Assembly: GCA_965230435.1 (NCBI GenBank)
Contig: CBDDLB010000006.1
Location: 1,928,270 to 1,992,269 of the forward strand
Direction of reading: 5' to 3'
DNA length: 64,000 nt
From: Bacteroidales bacterium
GTDB lineage: Bacteria > Bacteroidota > Bacteroidia > Bacteroidales > JBDKHP01
This document shows, in pieces, positions 11,014 through 21,364 of the stretch. The notes beneath the pieces were generated by a model. The model worked only from the letters and a program-made list of their open reading frames with translations. It was not told the DNA's origin and made no database searches. Each line of letters begins with the position of its first letter. Position 1 is the first letter of the stretch. The position numbers and the translations under genes are program-made.

Positions 11014-11877
11014 TTATCGCTTGTAAATAGCAACGTAGTCAATCTGATAATCAGACAATTTAGAAAAATCATCAATCCAACCCTTGAAGCCATCTCCGCC
11101 CCAAGCTCCACCAACAGCAGAGTTCAAAATAACATTGAATGTTTTGGTACGAAGTTTCTTTTTTCTATTGCCGGTAACACGGTTTACAATTCTGCCATCG
11201 AACAAAATTTTCACCTCGTTCTTCTTGATAGCCACTGCATAAGTGTGCCAATTATTGTCCAGATTATTTTTCCCTGTGACAGTGATGTGCTGAGAAGGTC
11301 TCTTGCCTTTTTCTACACCAAAATGCATGTTAGACTCATACTTCTTTTGGGGCCCCCAGCCTTTTTGCTCCATAATGTCGATTTCGTTGATGTTTGGCCA
11401 TTTGCCAACGCTGTTCAACCAGAATGCAGGCCAGATACCGTTTCTAGTTGCTAGCTTTAACCTTGCCTGAACAACCCATTCTACATTAGGATCTGAAAAA
11501 TCCAGTTTCTGACGTGCACTAATCGTACCTGTATTGTACTTCTGTCCCTGCATTCCACCTCCAGCATATAAATGAAGAATTCCATCTTCAAGTACAGCAT
11601 TTTCGGCTTTTGCAAAACCTTTGTGATTGTGAGTTTTCGATCCCCAAGGGTAACCTATTTTCCATTTAGCCATATCTAGGCTATCCCCATCGAATCCATC
11701 CGACCAGAAAAGCGTCCAGCCTTTGCGCTCTGGTACTGCTACTGTAGATGCTTTTTTGCTAACTGTTGTTGTTTCGGAAGCTGGCTCAACTTGCTGTTCT
11801 TTGGTACATGAGCCAAAAAGGAATAATGCAGATAGCCCAAAAGCCGCCACATTAAATTTCAAGAATTTAAAGTTCAT
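11014..11877 (-). CDS. glycoside hydrolase family 16 (beta-glucanase-type), lipoprotein
   Basis: GH16 catalytic motif E-I-D-I-M-E (NEIDIMEQKG) and a lipoprotein signal (LFLFGSC). Start set at ATG 11877 (MNFKFLKFNV), matching the paralog's N-terminus. Confidence 0.85.
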   Translation of the reverse strand: MNFKFLKFNVAAFGLSALFLFGSCTKEQQVEPASETTTVSKKASTVAVPERKGWTLFWSDGFDGDSLDMAKWKIGYPWGSKTHNHKGFAKAENAVLEDGILHLYAGGGMQGQKYNTGTISARQKLDFSDPNVEWVVQARLKLATRNGIWPAFWLNSVGKWPNINEIDIMEQKGWGPQKKYESNMHFGVEKGKRPSQHITVTGKNNLDNNWHTYAVAIKKNEVKILFDGRIVNRVTGNRKKKLRTKTFNVILNSAVGGAWGGDGFKGWIDDFSKLSDYQIDYVAIYKR

Positions 11878-11909
11878 TGTTTCAGGTTTTAGTAGTGTTA
11901 GAATACTGA

Positions 11910-12033
11910 GTAAAGTGTAAAAAACAATTTCCTTTGAGGCACACAAGGCGTTTAATACCGGAGCGTACTAGAGTACGTGAGGATCTGGACGACCGCAGTG
12001 CAACGAAAACCGAAGTTATTTTTTCAACTTTAC
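11910..12033. repeat. family-A repeat, copy 2
   Basis: The ends are inverted (GTAAAGTGTAAAAAACAATTTCC ... CGAAGTTATTTTTTCAACTTTAC). The core is ATACCGGAGCGTACTagAGTACGTGAGGATCTGGACGACCGCAGTGCAACGAAAA. Confidence 0.8.
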
Positions 12034-12559
12034 TAAATAATTATGTTGAGGGTACAACATAAAAAGTAAAAACAGACCTCTGCTCAAGACGAATAGGTTA
12101 CTATACGAACTGCACATTGTCTGATAGTTAGTGTTTCAGATGAAGCAAATGTAGAACATTTTTCTATCGTTACAAATAAATAATAAAAGTATAACAAACG
12201 CTTAATTACAATCTAAGTTACTTACTTCGGAAAGTTCAGATAGGTTATGTATTTGCCATTAAAAAAAGAAGGGATAGGTGTCAACAAGAACGAACCGAAC
12301 CTGCGCACACTATTACTATCAAGAAGAAAACAAGAAAGATTATGTGATAAAAAAACGGATAAAATAACCAAAGAGATATTCAAAGGGTTCGAAAATCTAC
12401 TTAACTGAATTTACTTCAACGCAGCAAACCAGAACTCAATGCATATTAGCCACAAAAATTATGACTGATAACATATAAAAAAACGCATCAAAAACGACTA
12501 TTGAAGAAGAACTGAAGCTCAATCAACATAATCTAAATTTGATGCGCCGTTTTCAGTTC

Positions 12560-13420
12560 TTATCTTTTGAAAATTGCTACATAATCAACTTGATAAACTG
12601 ACATTTGAGAGAAATCATCAATCCATTTTTTGTAGCCTTTGCCACCCCAATCGCCACCTATAGCAGAGTTTAGGATGATATTGAATGTTTTAGTGCGAAG
12701 TTTATCTTTTTTGCTGCCAGTAACACGGTTAACTGTTTGGCGATCGAACATAATTTTAACTTCGTTTTTCTTGATTGCTACAGAATATGTATGCCAGTTG
12801 TTATCAAGGTTATTGCCACCATTTTTAGTAATGTGCTGAGAAGGCCTTTTACCGCTCGAAACACCAAAGTGCATTACAGTTTCGAACACATTCTGGCTGC
12901 CCCAACCTTTTTGTTCCATAATATCAATTTCGTTGACATTTGGCCAACCACCAGTACTGTTTAGCCAGAATGCAGGCCAGATACCAGCTTTATTACCTAA
13001 TTTAAGACGAGCTTCAACAATCCACTCCACATTTGGATCGGAAAAGTCAATTTTCTTAAGACAGCTAACAACACCAGTGTTGTACTTATTGCCTTCTTTT
13101 CCTCCTCCAGCATATAAATGCAGAATTCCATTGTTAACAACTGCGTTTTCTGCTTTGGCATATCCTTGGTGGTTGTGCGTCTTCGATCCCCAAGGGTAGC
13201 CAATTTTCCAGTTGCTTGTGTTCAGACTATTTCCATTAAACTCATCAGACCAAACAAGCTGCCATCCAGAGCCATAGCCAACTACAGCCTTTTTATCAAC
13301 AGTTGTTTCTTCTGCTTCAGATACAACTGGTTCCACATTTTCTTTCGAGCACGAACCCAATACAAACATTGCCGAAAGTGCTAATGTAGCCAAATTGAAC
13401 TTCAAAAATTTTCTGTTCAT
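12560..13420 (-). CDS. glycoside hydrolase family 16, lipoprotein (tandem paralog)
   Basis: 286 aa, collinear with 11014..11877. It has the same EIDIME motif (NEIDIMEQKG) and a signal ending LGSC. Confidence 0.85.
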   Translation of the reverse strand: MNRKFLKFNLATLALSAMFVLGSCSKENVEPVVSEAEETTVDKKAVVGYGSGWQLVWSDEFNGNSLNTSNWKIGYPWGSKTHNHQGYAKAENAVVNNGILHLYAGGGKEGNKYNTGVVSCLKKIDFSDPNVEWIVEARLKLGNKAGIWPAFWLNSTGGWPNVNEIDIMEQKGWGSQNVFETVMHFGVSSGKRPSQHITKNGGNNLDNNWHTYSVAIKKNEVKIMFDRQTVNRVTGSKKDKLRTKTFNIILNSAIGGDWGGKGYKKWIDDFSQMSVYQVDYVAIFKR

Positions 13421-13677
13421 TGTTCTAGGTTTTGTTAGTGAATAATTAAAAATTGAGAATGTAGGGTTTGTTAAAAAATTTAGGGTCTAATTTCTCTATC
13501 GTCCTGCTTTTACAAGACGTATTTTGCACAATAAGTCAGTTTTTGAAATGAACCGGACTAACATAAATTCAATCGGTCAGCCCTTCAAATCCCAAGATAA
13601 GAACTGAATGGAGCGTGTTTCAATACCCCATTCAATAACTTATCCGAAAATTGATACTCAAAATTATCACCTGAACT

Positions 13678-15729
13678 TTACTGTTTGATAATTCTTTTTG
13701 GTGTTCCTCCGTCTGCCTGAATGTAGTACACTCCCGTCTTTAAATCCTGTACATCGATCTGTTTTGTATTTTGAACCTGCTTGATCATTTGTCCCGTAGA
13801 GCTAAAAACACGTACAATTTTTATATGCTTATCTGTGGTGAAATTCACAAAATCTGTTGTTGGATTAGGGTACACATCAATACTTTTTTCTTCTACAAAA
13901 GACTCTGCCGAAGAGCTCGATTTTTTAGAAGAAGAAACTCCCATAACTTCCAACTCAAAAAGCTTCACAAGACCAGACTCAGCACCACTTATCATTAAGC
14001 GAACTTTGCTTGTTGAAACTTCGGAGAATGTTCTTGAATAAGCTGCATTATTGTTACCGTTCTCACTGAAAACTGTAGACCACGACGAACCGTTCCACAC
14101 CTGAAACTCGAAGTCGGTAATTGGAGCAGAATAGCCGTTATACCCAGTCCAGAAAGAAACTTCGCTCAACGTTTTTTCTCCTTGCAAATCAACCTCGATC
14201 CATTGAGGGAATGACTGATTTCTACCTGAAAGCCATCTGCTAGAGTTTGAAGTTTTATCTCCATCCACAGCATTTGAGCCAACATATCTTGAATTGTAGC
14301 TAGAACTAACCCTTACCGGTTTATTTAGCACTACATTTTCTTTCACCGCTAAATCCGGGCTAACAGTCAACTTCAATGTGTTCACACTATAAGCACCTGC
14401 ATTAAAAACCAACTTCTTTATAGGAGAACTATAAGTTTCATTAAGCGTCTGCTGTTCGTCTCTATTCTGATCGCTCACCCATGCCTGCACTCCGTCAATG
14501 TTCATCAACGCTGAGTTTGCTCCATCCACGTCTATTGTAATGTTTTGTGCACTTCCAGAAATATTCGTGATATTCATATATACCTCATTCTCGCCTTGCT
14601 TTCTGAAACAAACAACTCTTGTTTTTCCCATCTGGCTAATTGCCTTTCCAATACAATGGGATCTGGCAGGCTGGGTGGAAGTTACTTGCTTAAATCCTGA
14701 ATACACTTTCGATTTACTTGGAGTTCCTTTTCTGGGAGTTCTCAAAAGAGCAGCATTGTTACCAGAACTATTAGATAAATTGAAAATGAAAAAATGATTT
14801 ACACCTCCATTGATAGCATCGCTAATGCGCATTGCCATAGAAACATCTCCAATATAATCTGGCTCGTTCTGTCCGAATACCTCATAAAGCCCATCTCCTT
14901 TCTGAAGCTTTCCTGTTTGTTCGTTGTTTTGAAACGGAAGGCCGTTGATATAATCATAAATTTCTTGATAATTTGCTTCATCCCAACCATTTTGGTATCC
15001 GTGTGTTGTTACAACATCAAGCTGATTGTATGCTTCTGGAAGATTAGCCTTCCATTCATCGAACCATTTTACTGTTCCGGTTACGGCCCAGCTACTTACT
15101 CCTGCAATTTCTGGAGTTGGTATGCCTGTTGGATTGTTTGTGGCCAGAATCTGCTTAAGGCGAGGCACTGCCTCTGAAAACAACCTTCCATAATAAACCG
15201 CATAACTAACGCCACCAGGTTCGTTCAAAAGATCAAGCTGATGAACTGTAACTCCCCTATCCTGAAAGCCCTTCAACACATCGTAGTAATACTGAGCTAT
15301 TTTATCGAAAATATTAGGAATGTTTGGGTCGTACTCCCCTTTCTTTGTTCCTCCTTGGCCATCGGATTTTTCCAGTTCGTCCGGTAAGTCCTGAATAGAA
15401 ATCTGCACCTTTATATTAGGATTATAAACCTTGATGTCATTTACAAAGCTTGCAAAGTTATCGTACGTTTTAGCGTGAGTTTCAGGCGTGCCATTGATAT
15501 AATTCTTTACAAAGTCCAAGTGTATATCTTGAGCTACCATTCTCGCAGCCAAATCCCTGTCTGCTGCGGACATACTCAACCAATGCCCCATGTAGCTGTC
15601 TGAAGTTCCTCCTGCCCCGTAGAAAATTTGCTTATAATCTTCCGCGTGCACAGTAATGGATTGAGCATTCGATTGAACAACCTGCATTGTGATTATTCCC
15701 AAAAACAAAAAGCGTAGATAGTGTTTCAT
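13678..15729 (-). CDS. GH30-like clan GH-A glycosidase with F5/8-type-C (CBM32-like) domain and T9SS C-terminal sorting domain
   Basis: Signal peptide, GH30-style start (KQIFYGAGGTS) and acid/base NEP (HQLDLLNEPGG). It also has a discoidin-like segment (NAVDGDKTSNSSRWLS...FPQWIEVDL) and a Por/T9SS tail (IDVYPNPTTDFVNF...GVYYIQ). Confidence 0.7.
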   Translation of the reverse strand: MKHYLRFLFLGIITMQVVQSNAQSITVHAEDYKQIFYGAGGTSDSYMGHWLSMSAADRDLAARMVAQDIHLDFVKNYINGTPETHAKTYDNFASFVNDIKVYNPNIKVQISIQDLPDELEKSDGQGGTKKGEYDPNIPNIFDKIAQYYYDVLKGFQDRGVTVHQLDLLNEPGGVSYAVYYGRLFSEAVPRLKQILATNNPTGIPTPEIAGVSSWAVTGTVKWFDEWKANLPEAYNQLDVVTTHGYQNGWDEANYQEIYDYINGLPFQNNEQTGKLQKGDGLYEVFGQNEPDYIGDVSMAMRISDAINGGVNHFFIFNLSNSSGNNAALLRTPRKGTPSKSKVYSGFKQVTSTQPARSHCIGKAISQMGKTRVVCFRKQGENEVYMNITNISGSAQNITIDVDGANSALMNIDGVQAWVSDQNRDEQQTLNETYSSPIKKLVFNAGAYSVNTLKLTVSPDLAVKENVVLNKPVRVSSSYNSRYVGSNAVDGDKTSNSSRWLSGRNQSFPQWIEVDLQGEKTLSEVSFWTGYNGYSAPITDFEFQVWNGSSWSTVFSENGNNNAAYSRTFSEVSTSKVRLMISGAESGLVKLFELEVMGVSSSKKSSSSAESFVEEKSIDVYPNPTTDFVNFTTDKHIKIVRVFSSTGQMIKQVQNTKQIDVQDLKTGVYYIQADGGTPKRIIKQ

Positions 15730-16009
15730 CTATTTCTCCGGTTTTAAAATTTAACAATCAAATGAAACTCTCCTGCAAATCCAACTATTCCTCTTTTGCA
15801 CAGAGTGAACAACTAAACTCACATGTAGTTTCAAATGTTTCTTTACATGTTTGGGTCTCAAACGAAGCCGTCGGGAGAAGCTTCATCCAACAATTTTAGA
15901 TTGTATAGGTGATGGCAATTGGTAAGAGTGAAGCCTCTGTTTCAAAAATAGGCTTCACTCAATATTTTCAACCCCTCAACAGCATTTTTTGTTGAGAAGT
16001 TTGAGAAGA

Positions 16010-17035
16010 TTAATAAAAGATTCGGTTCAATGCATTCAGTGAATTCTGACGCACATTTCCGTTATTTGGCGAAAGCAAACCGATAGCTCCACTATTGTAT
16101 CCTGAGTACCAGAAAACAGTTGTCCGTCCACCAAAATAGATTTCATTAGCCGCAACAAAACCGCGCGTACGTTTTTGTTTAGCTGTAGTTGGGTTACTTA
16201 TATAATCGTTACCAACTCCTAGTTCTGTTACAATAAAGTTTCCTTTAATGTATTTGTAGCGGTCGTTGTATGCATTGATAAATTTATCGCGCCATTGTGC
16301 TGTTGTTAAACTTGGATCTGGATTGCCACCGCCAACAAACTTCGGATAGCAGTGAACAGCCCACAAGCGGTTAGAAATAGAAGATGTTCCATTATAAAGG
16401 TTCTCACTAACTGCCTTTGCATAGGCTCCGCCATCAAGAATAATTTTTTTCCCATGCCAGTTGCTTACCCCTCTCCAAACAGCCGTATAGTATCCAGCAA
16501 GATCACTTCCATTAGTTGGCTCATTGTTAAGCTCCCAACCTTCTATCGCACCCAACAATCCTTTCTGGCTGAATTTATTTACTACCTTCTGCCAAATACC
16601 TGCGTCTTCTGATGCATTATTGAAGTTGTGTTCATTCCAAAAACAGATAATCACTTTATTCCCATGATTATTTATTGTGCGGATACTCTCAGCCCACTCG
16701 CTCAAATCAGCATCGTTGTTGGCCATGTTTTTACTAAAACCAACCCGATAAATTTTAAAGTTCGTTGTTTTTGACTCAAGTGTGTTCAGTGCAGTTGTAA
16801 GATCAGATTGATAGGTCCAATAACTCTTCCAGTCAGTTTTTCCACCAGCATTATAACTGTTATTTAAATTACATCCATATTTAGAAAACAGTGACGTTCC
16901 GTAACTAGTAGCAGTTGCAGCTTTCTTTGTCACAAGGCTCTCATCGGCAGATTCTGGCATTACAACTTTTTCTTCCTTCTCGCAAGATGTCATTAAAATG
17001 ATCAAACTACAGGCTAGCAAACAAATCTGTTTCAT
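16010..17035 (-). CDS. GH5-like glycosidase, lipoprotein
   Basis: Lipoprotein signal (ILMTSC), GH5 signature GWELNNEPTN, an H-x-Y element (AVHCYPKF) and a nucleophile context (FIVTELG). Confidence 0.7.
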   Translation of the reverse strand: MKQICLLACSLIILMTSCEKEEKVVMPESADESLVTKKAATATSYGTSLFSKYGCNLNNSYNAGGKTDWKSYWTYQSDLTTALNTLESKTTNFKIYRVGFSKNMANNDADLSEWAESIRTINNHGNKVIICFWNEHNFNNASEDAGIWQKVVNKFSQKGLLGAIEGWELNNEPTNGSDLAGYYTAVWRGVSNWHGKKIILDGGAYAKAVSENLYNGTSSISNRLWAVHCYPKFVGGGNPDPSLTTAQWRDKFINAYNDRYKYIKGNFIVTELGVGNDYISNPTTAKQKRTRGFVAANEIYFGGRTTVFWYSGYNSGAIGLLSPNNGNVRQNSLNALNRIFY

Positions 17036-17077
17036 ACCATTTGAATTTAAGGGTTATAAAAAGAGAAATTATAGTGT

Positions 17078-18097
17078 TTAATAGAAAATCCGGTTCAATG
17101 CGTTCAAGTTGTTTTCAAACTGTTTCCCGTTGTATGCGTGTATCAGACCAATATTTGCGCTGTTGTAAGCCGAGTACCAAAATACGGTTGTTGTTCCGCC
17201 GAAGTAAGCCTCTGCGGCGGCAACAAAACCGCGTTCCCTCGTCTGATTGTCTCCCACAAAATTGTCTACATAATTATTGTTGCACCCAAGTTCTGTTACA
17301 ATGAATTTTCCGCTTACGCGTGAAAGGTCGTTGTTCCATTTTTGGATGAATTTGTTTTTCCACCAACCCGAAGTCATTCCTGAGTTACCACCAATGTACT
17401 TAGCATAGCAGTGTACTGCGTACAAACTGTTAGGAATGTTTTTGGTTTTATCCACTAGGTCTTGACTAAAATGCTGAGCCCAGTTACTCCCATCAATAAG
17501 AATCTTCTTCCCATGCCAATTGCTTACGCCTGAATGTACATTCTTATAATAGTCACCCAAGTTTCCTCCGTTCATAGGCTCGTTGATGATCTCCCAGCCG
17601 TAAATATCTGAAAGCAGCCCCTGAGCAGACATTTCGTCCACAACCTTTTGCCACATTGCAGCATCGTCACTGGCATTGGAATAGTCGCCGTTTAATGGCC
17701 AATAACAAATGATCATCTTATTTCCATGATCCCTAACTGTCTTAAGATTATCTGTCCATTCTCTCAGGTCTACAGGATCGTTAGCCATTGCTTTGCTGAA
17801 ACCGACGCGGTAAATCTTGAAGTTTGTAATCTCAGCTTCGAGCTTATTAAGTGCAGTAGTTAAATCAGCATTATACGTCCAGAAACGTTTCCAGTCCGTT
17901 TTACTTTTATCTTTTGAGTGGTAACTGTTATTAAGATTGCAACCATACTTCGAGTAAAGCCAAGTTCCTTTATTGGCTACTTGTGTTGCCTTTTTAGAAG
18001 AGCTTATTTCCTCAGGTTTTGTTTTAAATTCTTCCTTTTTTTCGCAAGCCGAAAATAAAAGAAGCAAAATTATGGAAAGAATGGTGTTTCTTTTCAT
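17078..18097 (-). CDS. GH5-like glycosidase, lipoprotein (tandem paralog)
   Basis: Collinear with 16010..17035. Motifs: GWEIINEPMNG, AVHCYAKY, FIVTELG, and a signal ending LLFSAC. Confidence 0.7.
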   Translation of the reverse strand: MKRNTILSIILLLLFSACEKKEEFKTKPEEISSSKKATQVANKGTWLYSKYGCNLNNSYHSKDKSKTDWKRFWTYNADLTTALNKLEAEITNFKIYRVGFSKAMANDPVDLREWTDNLKTVRDHGNKMIICYWPLNGDYSNASDDAAMWQKVVDEMSAQGLLSDIYGWEIINEPMNGGNLGDYYKNVHSGVSNWHGKKILIDGSNWAQHFSQDLVDKTKNIPNSLYAVHCYAKYIGGNSGMTSGWWKNKFIQKWNNDLSRVSGKFIVTELGCNNNYVDNFVGDNQTRERGFVAAAEAYFGGTTTVFWYSAYNSANIGLIHAYNGKQFENNLNALNRIFY

Positions 18098-18734
18098 TTT
18101 TTTCGTGAATTTAAAAGTTCATTTAGGATACTTTACGAAAACCGCTAACAATAACCAATTAACAGCTCATAACAAACACAACAGTCAGCAATATCTATCT
18201 GATTTTCACCCTATCGTATTTAAAATAAGAGTGAAAAAAGAACTTATAGTTAAAGTGACTGTTTTGTTTTCATTTGCAAAATCTTAAATAATTTCAAACT
18301 CAACAAAAAAAATTACGTAAATAAACACCTGTATTATTTACGATTTTCGTAAAAACACATCAACCTTCTCAAAAACTCATTTTTCACACTTCTAAATGTA
18401 TATTTACATAGGTAACCCTGTAGATTTATAGTTAAAACTGACAAAAGTAATAGAAAAACTAAGGCTCGAGCGTTAAATAATAAAAAAATAACATTGACAC
18501 CTAAAGGCAATGCAAAAAAGTCAATTGATGGAAATGTAAAAAAGTTTAAATTACTCTTATATTTCCGTTACATAAAAATGCAATTTCTTATTTCCAATAG
18601 CGAAAAAGATGAAAAACCACGTCAAAAACAAAATCAAAAATGCTACACAAACTTATCGCAAGACAACTTTATTTTTTTTCAGTTTTATTTGTTTTGCAAA
18701 CGTTGAAAATTACAACTGAATAAAACCGAAACCG

Positions 18735-19793
18735 ATGAAGCTCTCTTTTTTCACTTTCTTCTTAATAATAATTGCCATGGCCAGTTCTGCCCAAATAAAA
18801 CTTGAAAGAACTTTTCAGAGTAGATCAACTTCAATCCCCTTTCCTTATGTTGGTCATTCAATAGGCATGGCTCAACTTGAAGACTTAGGCCATAAGATGT
18901 ATTATTTTGACTTACTCCACATGGAAATGAAACTGTTCAACGAAGACTCGTCTCATTACAAAACTTATACTCTTCCAAAAAAATTCAAAGAAGACTTCTA
19001 CTCCAATGGGGACTATACGTTTAAATATATAGACAAAATCGAAGTAATGGGGCTATCTCAATACCTATTCGACTTAGACGAGGGAGTAGAGTTTCTAGTA
19101 TACATTAAAATGTATGGCGGAAGTTATGAAGCTGGAGTGTATACCTATATAATAGATGACGACGCTTCTCTGATGCTGAAAATAAGAGCACACTACACCC
19201 CTCAGACTCCTCATCTAGAGAATGTCACAAATGGAACAAAGTTGTTCGTACATAAAGGCAGTCATATGTCGCAGGTATACTCTTTACCTGGAAAATTACC
19301 TAGCCTAAGAACTTCCCCTCCACAGAAAAAGCAAGTAAAACAGGCCTCTAAGGCTAAAGTTTCGCCCGAAAAAGAAGAAAAGAAAGAGGCGAAAGAAAAA
19401 TTGGTAGAAAAGCCCAAATACGACAAAATACCAGAAACACTTGAGGCTGGCGACCATATTTCCCTAAAAAACATTCTATTCAACAGAAGCAGTCACCGTT
19501 TACGATCCTCGTCGTACCAACAATTAGAGGTGTTGTTATCTACACTGAAAACGCATCCTACAATGAAAATACGGCTTGATGGGCATACCGACAACAGAGG
19601 AAATTCAGACGCTAACATTGAACTTTCAGAAAAACGAGTAGAACAGGTAAAGGAATATCTAGTTTCGAACGGAATTGAAGGCAGCCGCATTCAAATCGAA
19701 GGATACGGAGGCACACGACCAATCGCAAGTAACAAAAAGAAAGAAACACGCAGATTGAACCGTCGTGTAGAGATGGTGGTTTTGGAAATCTGA
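18735..19793 (+). CDS. OmpA-family protein with uncharacterised N-domain and K/E-rich linker
   Basis: C-terminal OmpA-like peptidoglycan-binding domain (LDGHTDNRGNSDANIELSEKRVEQVKEYL...NRRVEMVV) and a signal peptide ending SSAQ. Confidence 0.85.
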   Translation: MKLSFFTFFLIIIAMASSAQIKLERTFQSRSTSIPFPYVGHSIGMAQLEDLGHKMYYFDLLHMEMKLFNEDSSHYKTYTLPKKFKEDFYSNGDYTFKYIDKIEVMGLSQYLFDLDEGVEFLVYIKMYGGSYEAGVYTYIIDDDASLMLKIRAHYTPQTPHLENVTNGTKLFVHKGSHMSQVYSLPGKLPSLRTSPPQKKQVKQASKAKVSPEKEEKKEAKEKLVEKPKYDKIPETLEAGDHISLKNILFNRSSHRLRSSSYQQLEVLLSTLKTHPTMKIRLDGHTDNRGNSDANIELSEKRVEQVKEYLVSNGIEGSRIQIEGYGGTRPIASNKKKETRRLNRRVEMVVLEI

Positions 19794-20151
19794 TTCTTTC
19801 CGACGACCAATCTCTTGACAAATCGAAATAGATTATATAAATTTGCAGCTTATGACAAAAACTACAATACTCACCCTTTCTGCACACCTGCTGTCGGTGT
19901 AAAGGCAGGTACATTTAGTTCTGCTATCGGTGCTTTAATTCGCCGATTGTTTTGTTGTACCTGTCAGATTGCTTCCTTATAAATTCATAAATTACATAAC
20001 AAGGGAATACTTAGATTAGGAACTGCGCTTAACTGTGTACTGTTTTTCCTTTCTACTATTCCACAATTGACTCAACTGTAAGATTCATGCATTTCTTCAA
20101 GAGATATATGAAACGCATTGCAGTACCGTCAATTTCACAAATTCGAATACA

Positions 20152-21258
20152 ATGAATACTCAACATACAGACAGCAACTCTTCTACTAAAATGCACGCCC
20201 TTAAAAAACTAGGTTTCAACTCAACAGTAGAAGCACACATGAACGAAGGCAAGTACGCCCCCTTTAGCATAGGGCGCATTGCCCTTGAACACAAAGAAAG
20301 GTACGTCGTAAGAACCGCCAATGGGGATTTCAATGCAGAAATTGTAGGTAATCTAAGGTTCTCCGCGCAATCGCGAATGGATTTTCCCGCAGTAGGTGAC
20401 TGGGTTGCCGTTTCCGAATACGACGAACATAGCGTGTTGATACATGCAATTTATCCTCGCTGGAGTACAATAAAACGTAAATCAATTGGCAAAAGCACAG
20501 AACAGCTCGTTGCTTGTAATGTAGACTTTGCTTTCATTGTTCAGGCCGTGAACCGCGATTTCAGCCTCAACCGTATTGAGCGCTACCTTACGATCTGTCA
20601 AGATTCGGCAATACAGCCTATTGTTATCATAAGCAAAGTAGATCTAATCGAGGAGGAAGAGCTAAACAATCTTCTAGCTTCTGTTCGCAAGCGTATCCCA
20701 AATACTACAGTTCATGCAATCAGTAACAAAAATAGAACTGGAATTGAAGAACTAAAGAGTATGATTATAGAAGGGAAAACCTATTGCGTACTAGGTTCGT
20801 CAGGCGTTGGAAAGTCTACACTTATTAATAGCATATCGGAGGAGAAAGTTCAAAAAACAGGCGAAATTAGTGAACAAACAGACCGAGGGAAGCACGTCAC
20901 GAGCTTTCGGGAGCTTATCGCTTTGAAAAATGGAGGTATAATTATCGACACTCCGGGAATGCGCGAAGTTGGAATAACTGAAATGTCAGATGGAATTGCC
21001 CATACTTTCAGCTCAATAAATCAACTCTCTGCTCAATGCCGTTACAAAGACTGCACCCACATTCACGAACAAGGCTGTGCAGTTATAAAAGCTGTGGAAG
21101 AGGGTGAAATTGATGCCGAAATGTATAACAATTACCTAAAATTGGTACGCGAACAGTCCCATTTTGAAGCATCGTCTCTTGACAAAAAAAGAAAAGAAAA
21201 AGGTTTATCTAAAATCATAAAGAACATGAAGAAAGATAAGAAAAATGGTAAGTGGTAA
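20152..21258 (+). CDS. rsgA: ribosome small-subunit-dependent GTPase A
   Basis: Circularly permuted GTPase motifs (ISKVDL, GSSGVGKSTLIN, DTPGMRE) and a C-terminal zinc knuckle (CRYKDCTHIHEQGC). Confidence 0.9.
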   Translation: MNTQHTDSNSSTKMHALKKLGFNSTVEAHMNEGKYAPFSIGRIALEHKERYVVRTANGDFNAEIVGNLRFSAQSRMDFPAVGDWVAVSEYDEHSVLIHAIYPRWSTIKRKSIGKSTEQLVACNVDFAFIVQAVNRDFSLNRIERYLTICQDSAIQPIVIISKVDLIEEEELNNLLASVRKRIPNTTVHAISNKNRTGIEELKSMIIEGKTYCVLGSSGVGKSTLINSISEEKVQKTGEISEQTDRGKHVTSFRELIALKNGGIIIDTPGMREVGITEMSDGIAHTFSSINQLSAQCRYKDCTHIHEQGCAVIKAVEEGEIDAEMYNNYLKLVREQSHFEASSLDKKRKEKGLSKIIKNMKKDKKNGKW

Positions 21259-21325
21259 ACCTTAGTTTTACGTATTGGTTATAGTTAAAAACCAGCGTAT
21301 AGCCAATTTAAAACGAATAATTTTC

Positions 21326-21364
21326 AAAGTGCCAAAGGAGTACCTAAATGTACCCTGGCACTTT
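21326..21364 (+). terminator. intrinsic-terminator-like hairpin after rsgA
   Basis: AAAGTGCCAAAGGAGTAC-ctaaat-GTACCCTGGCACTTT followed by a T-rich tail, 68 nt after the rsgA stop. Confidence 0.6.

Noticed and set aside
18314-18343. 8-bp inverted repeat CGTAAATA-N11-TATTTACG in the divergent GH5/OmpA intergenic region, as a possible operator.
   Set aside because: It is short and AT-rich, so it is expected by chance in a 640-nt AT-rich spacer, and no second copy was seen upstream of the other glycosidase genes.
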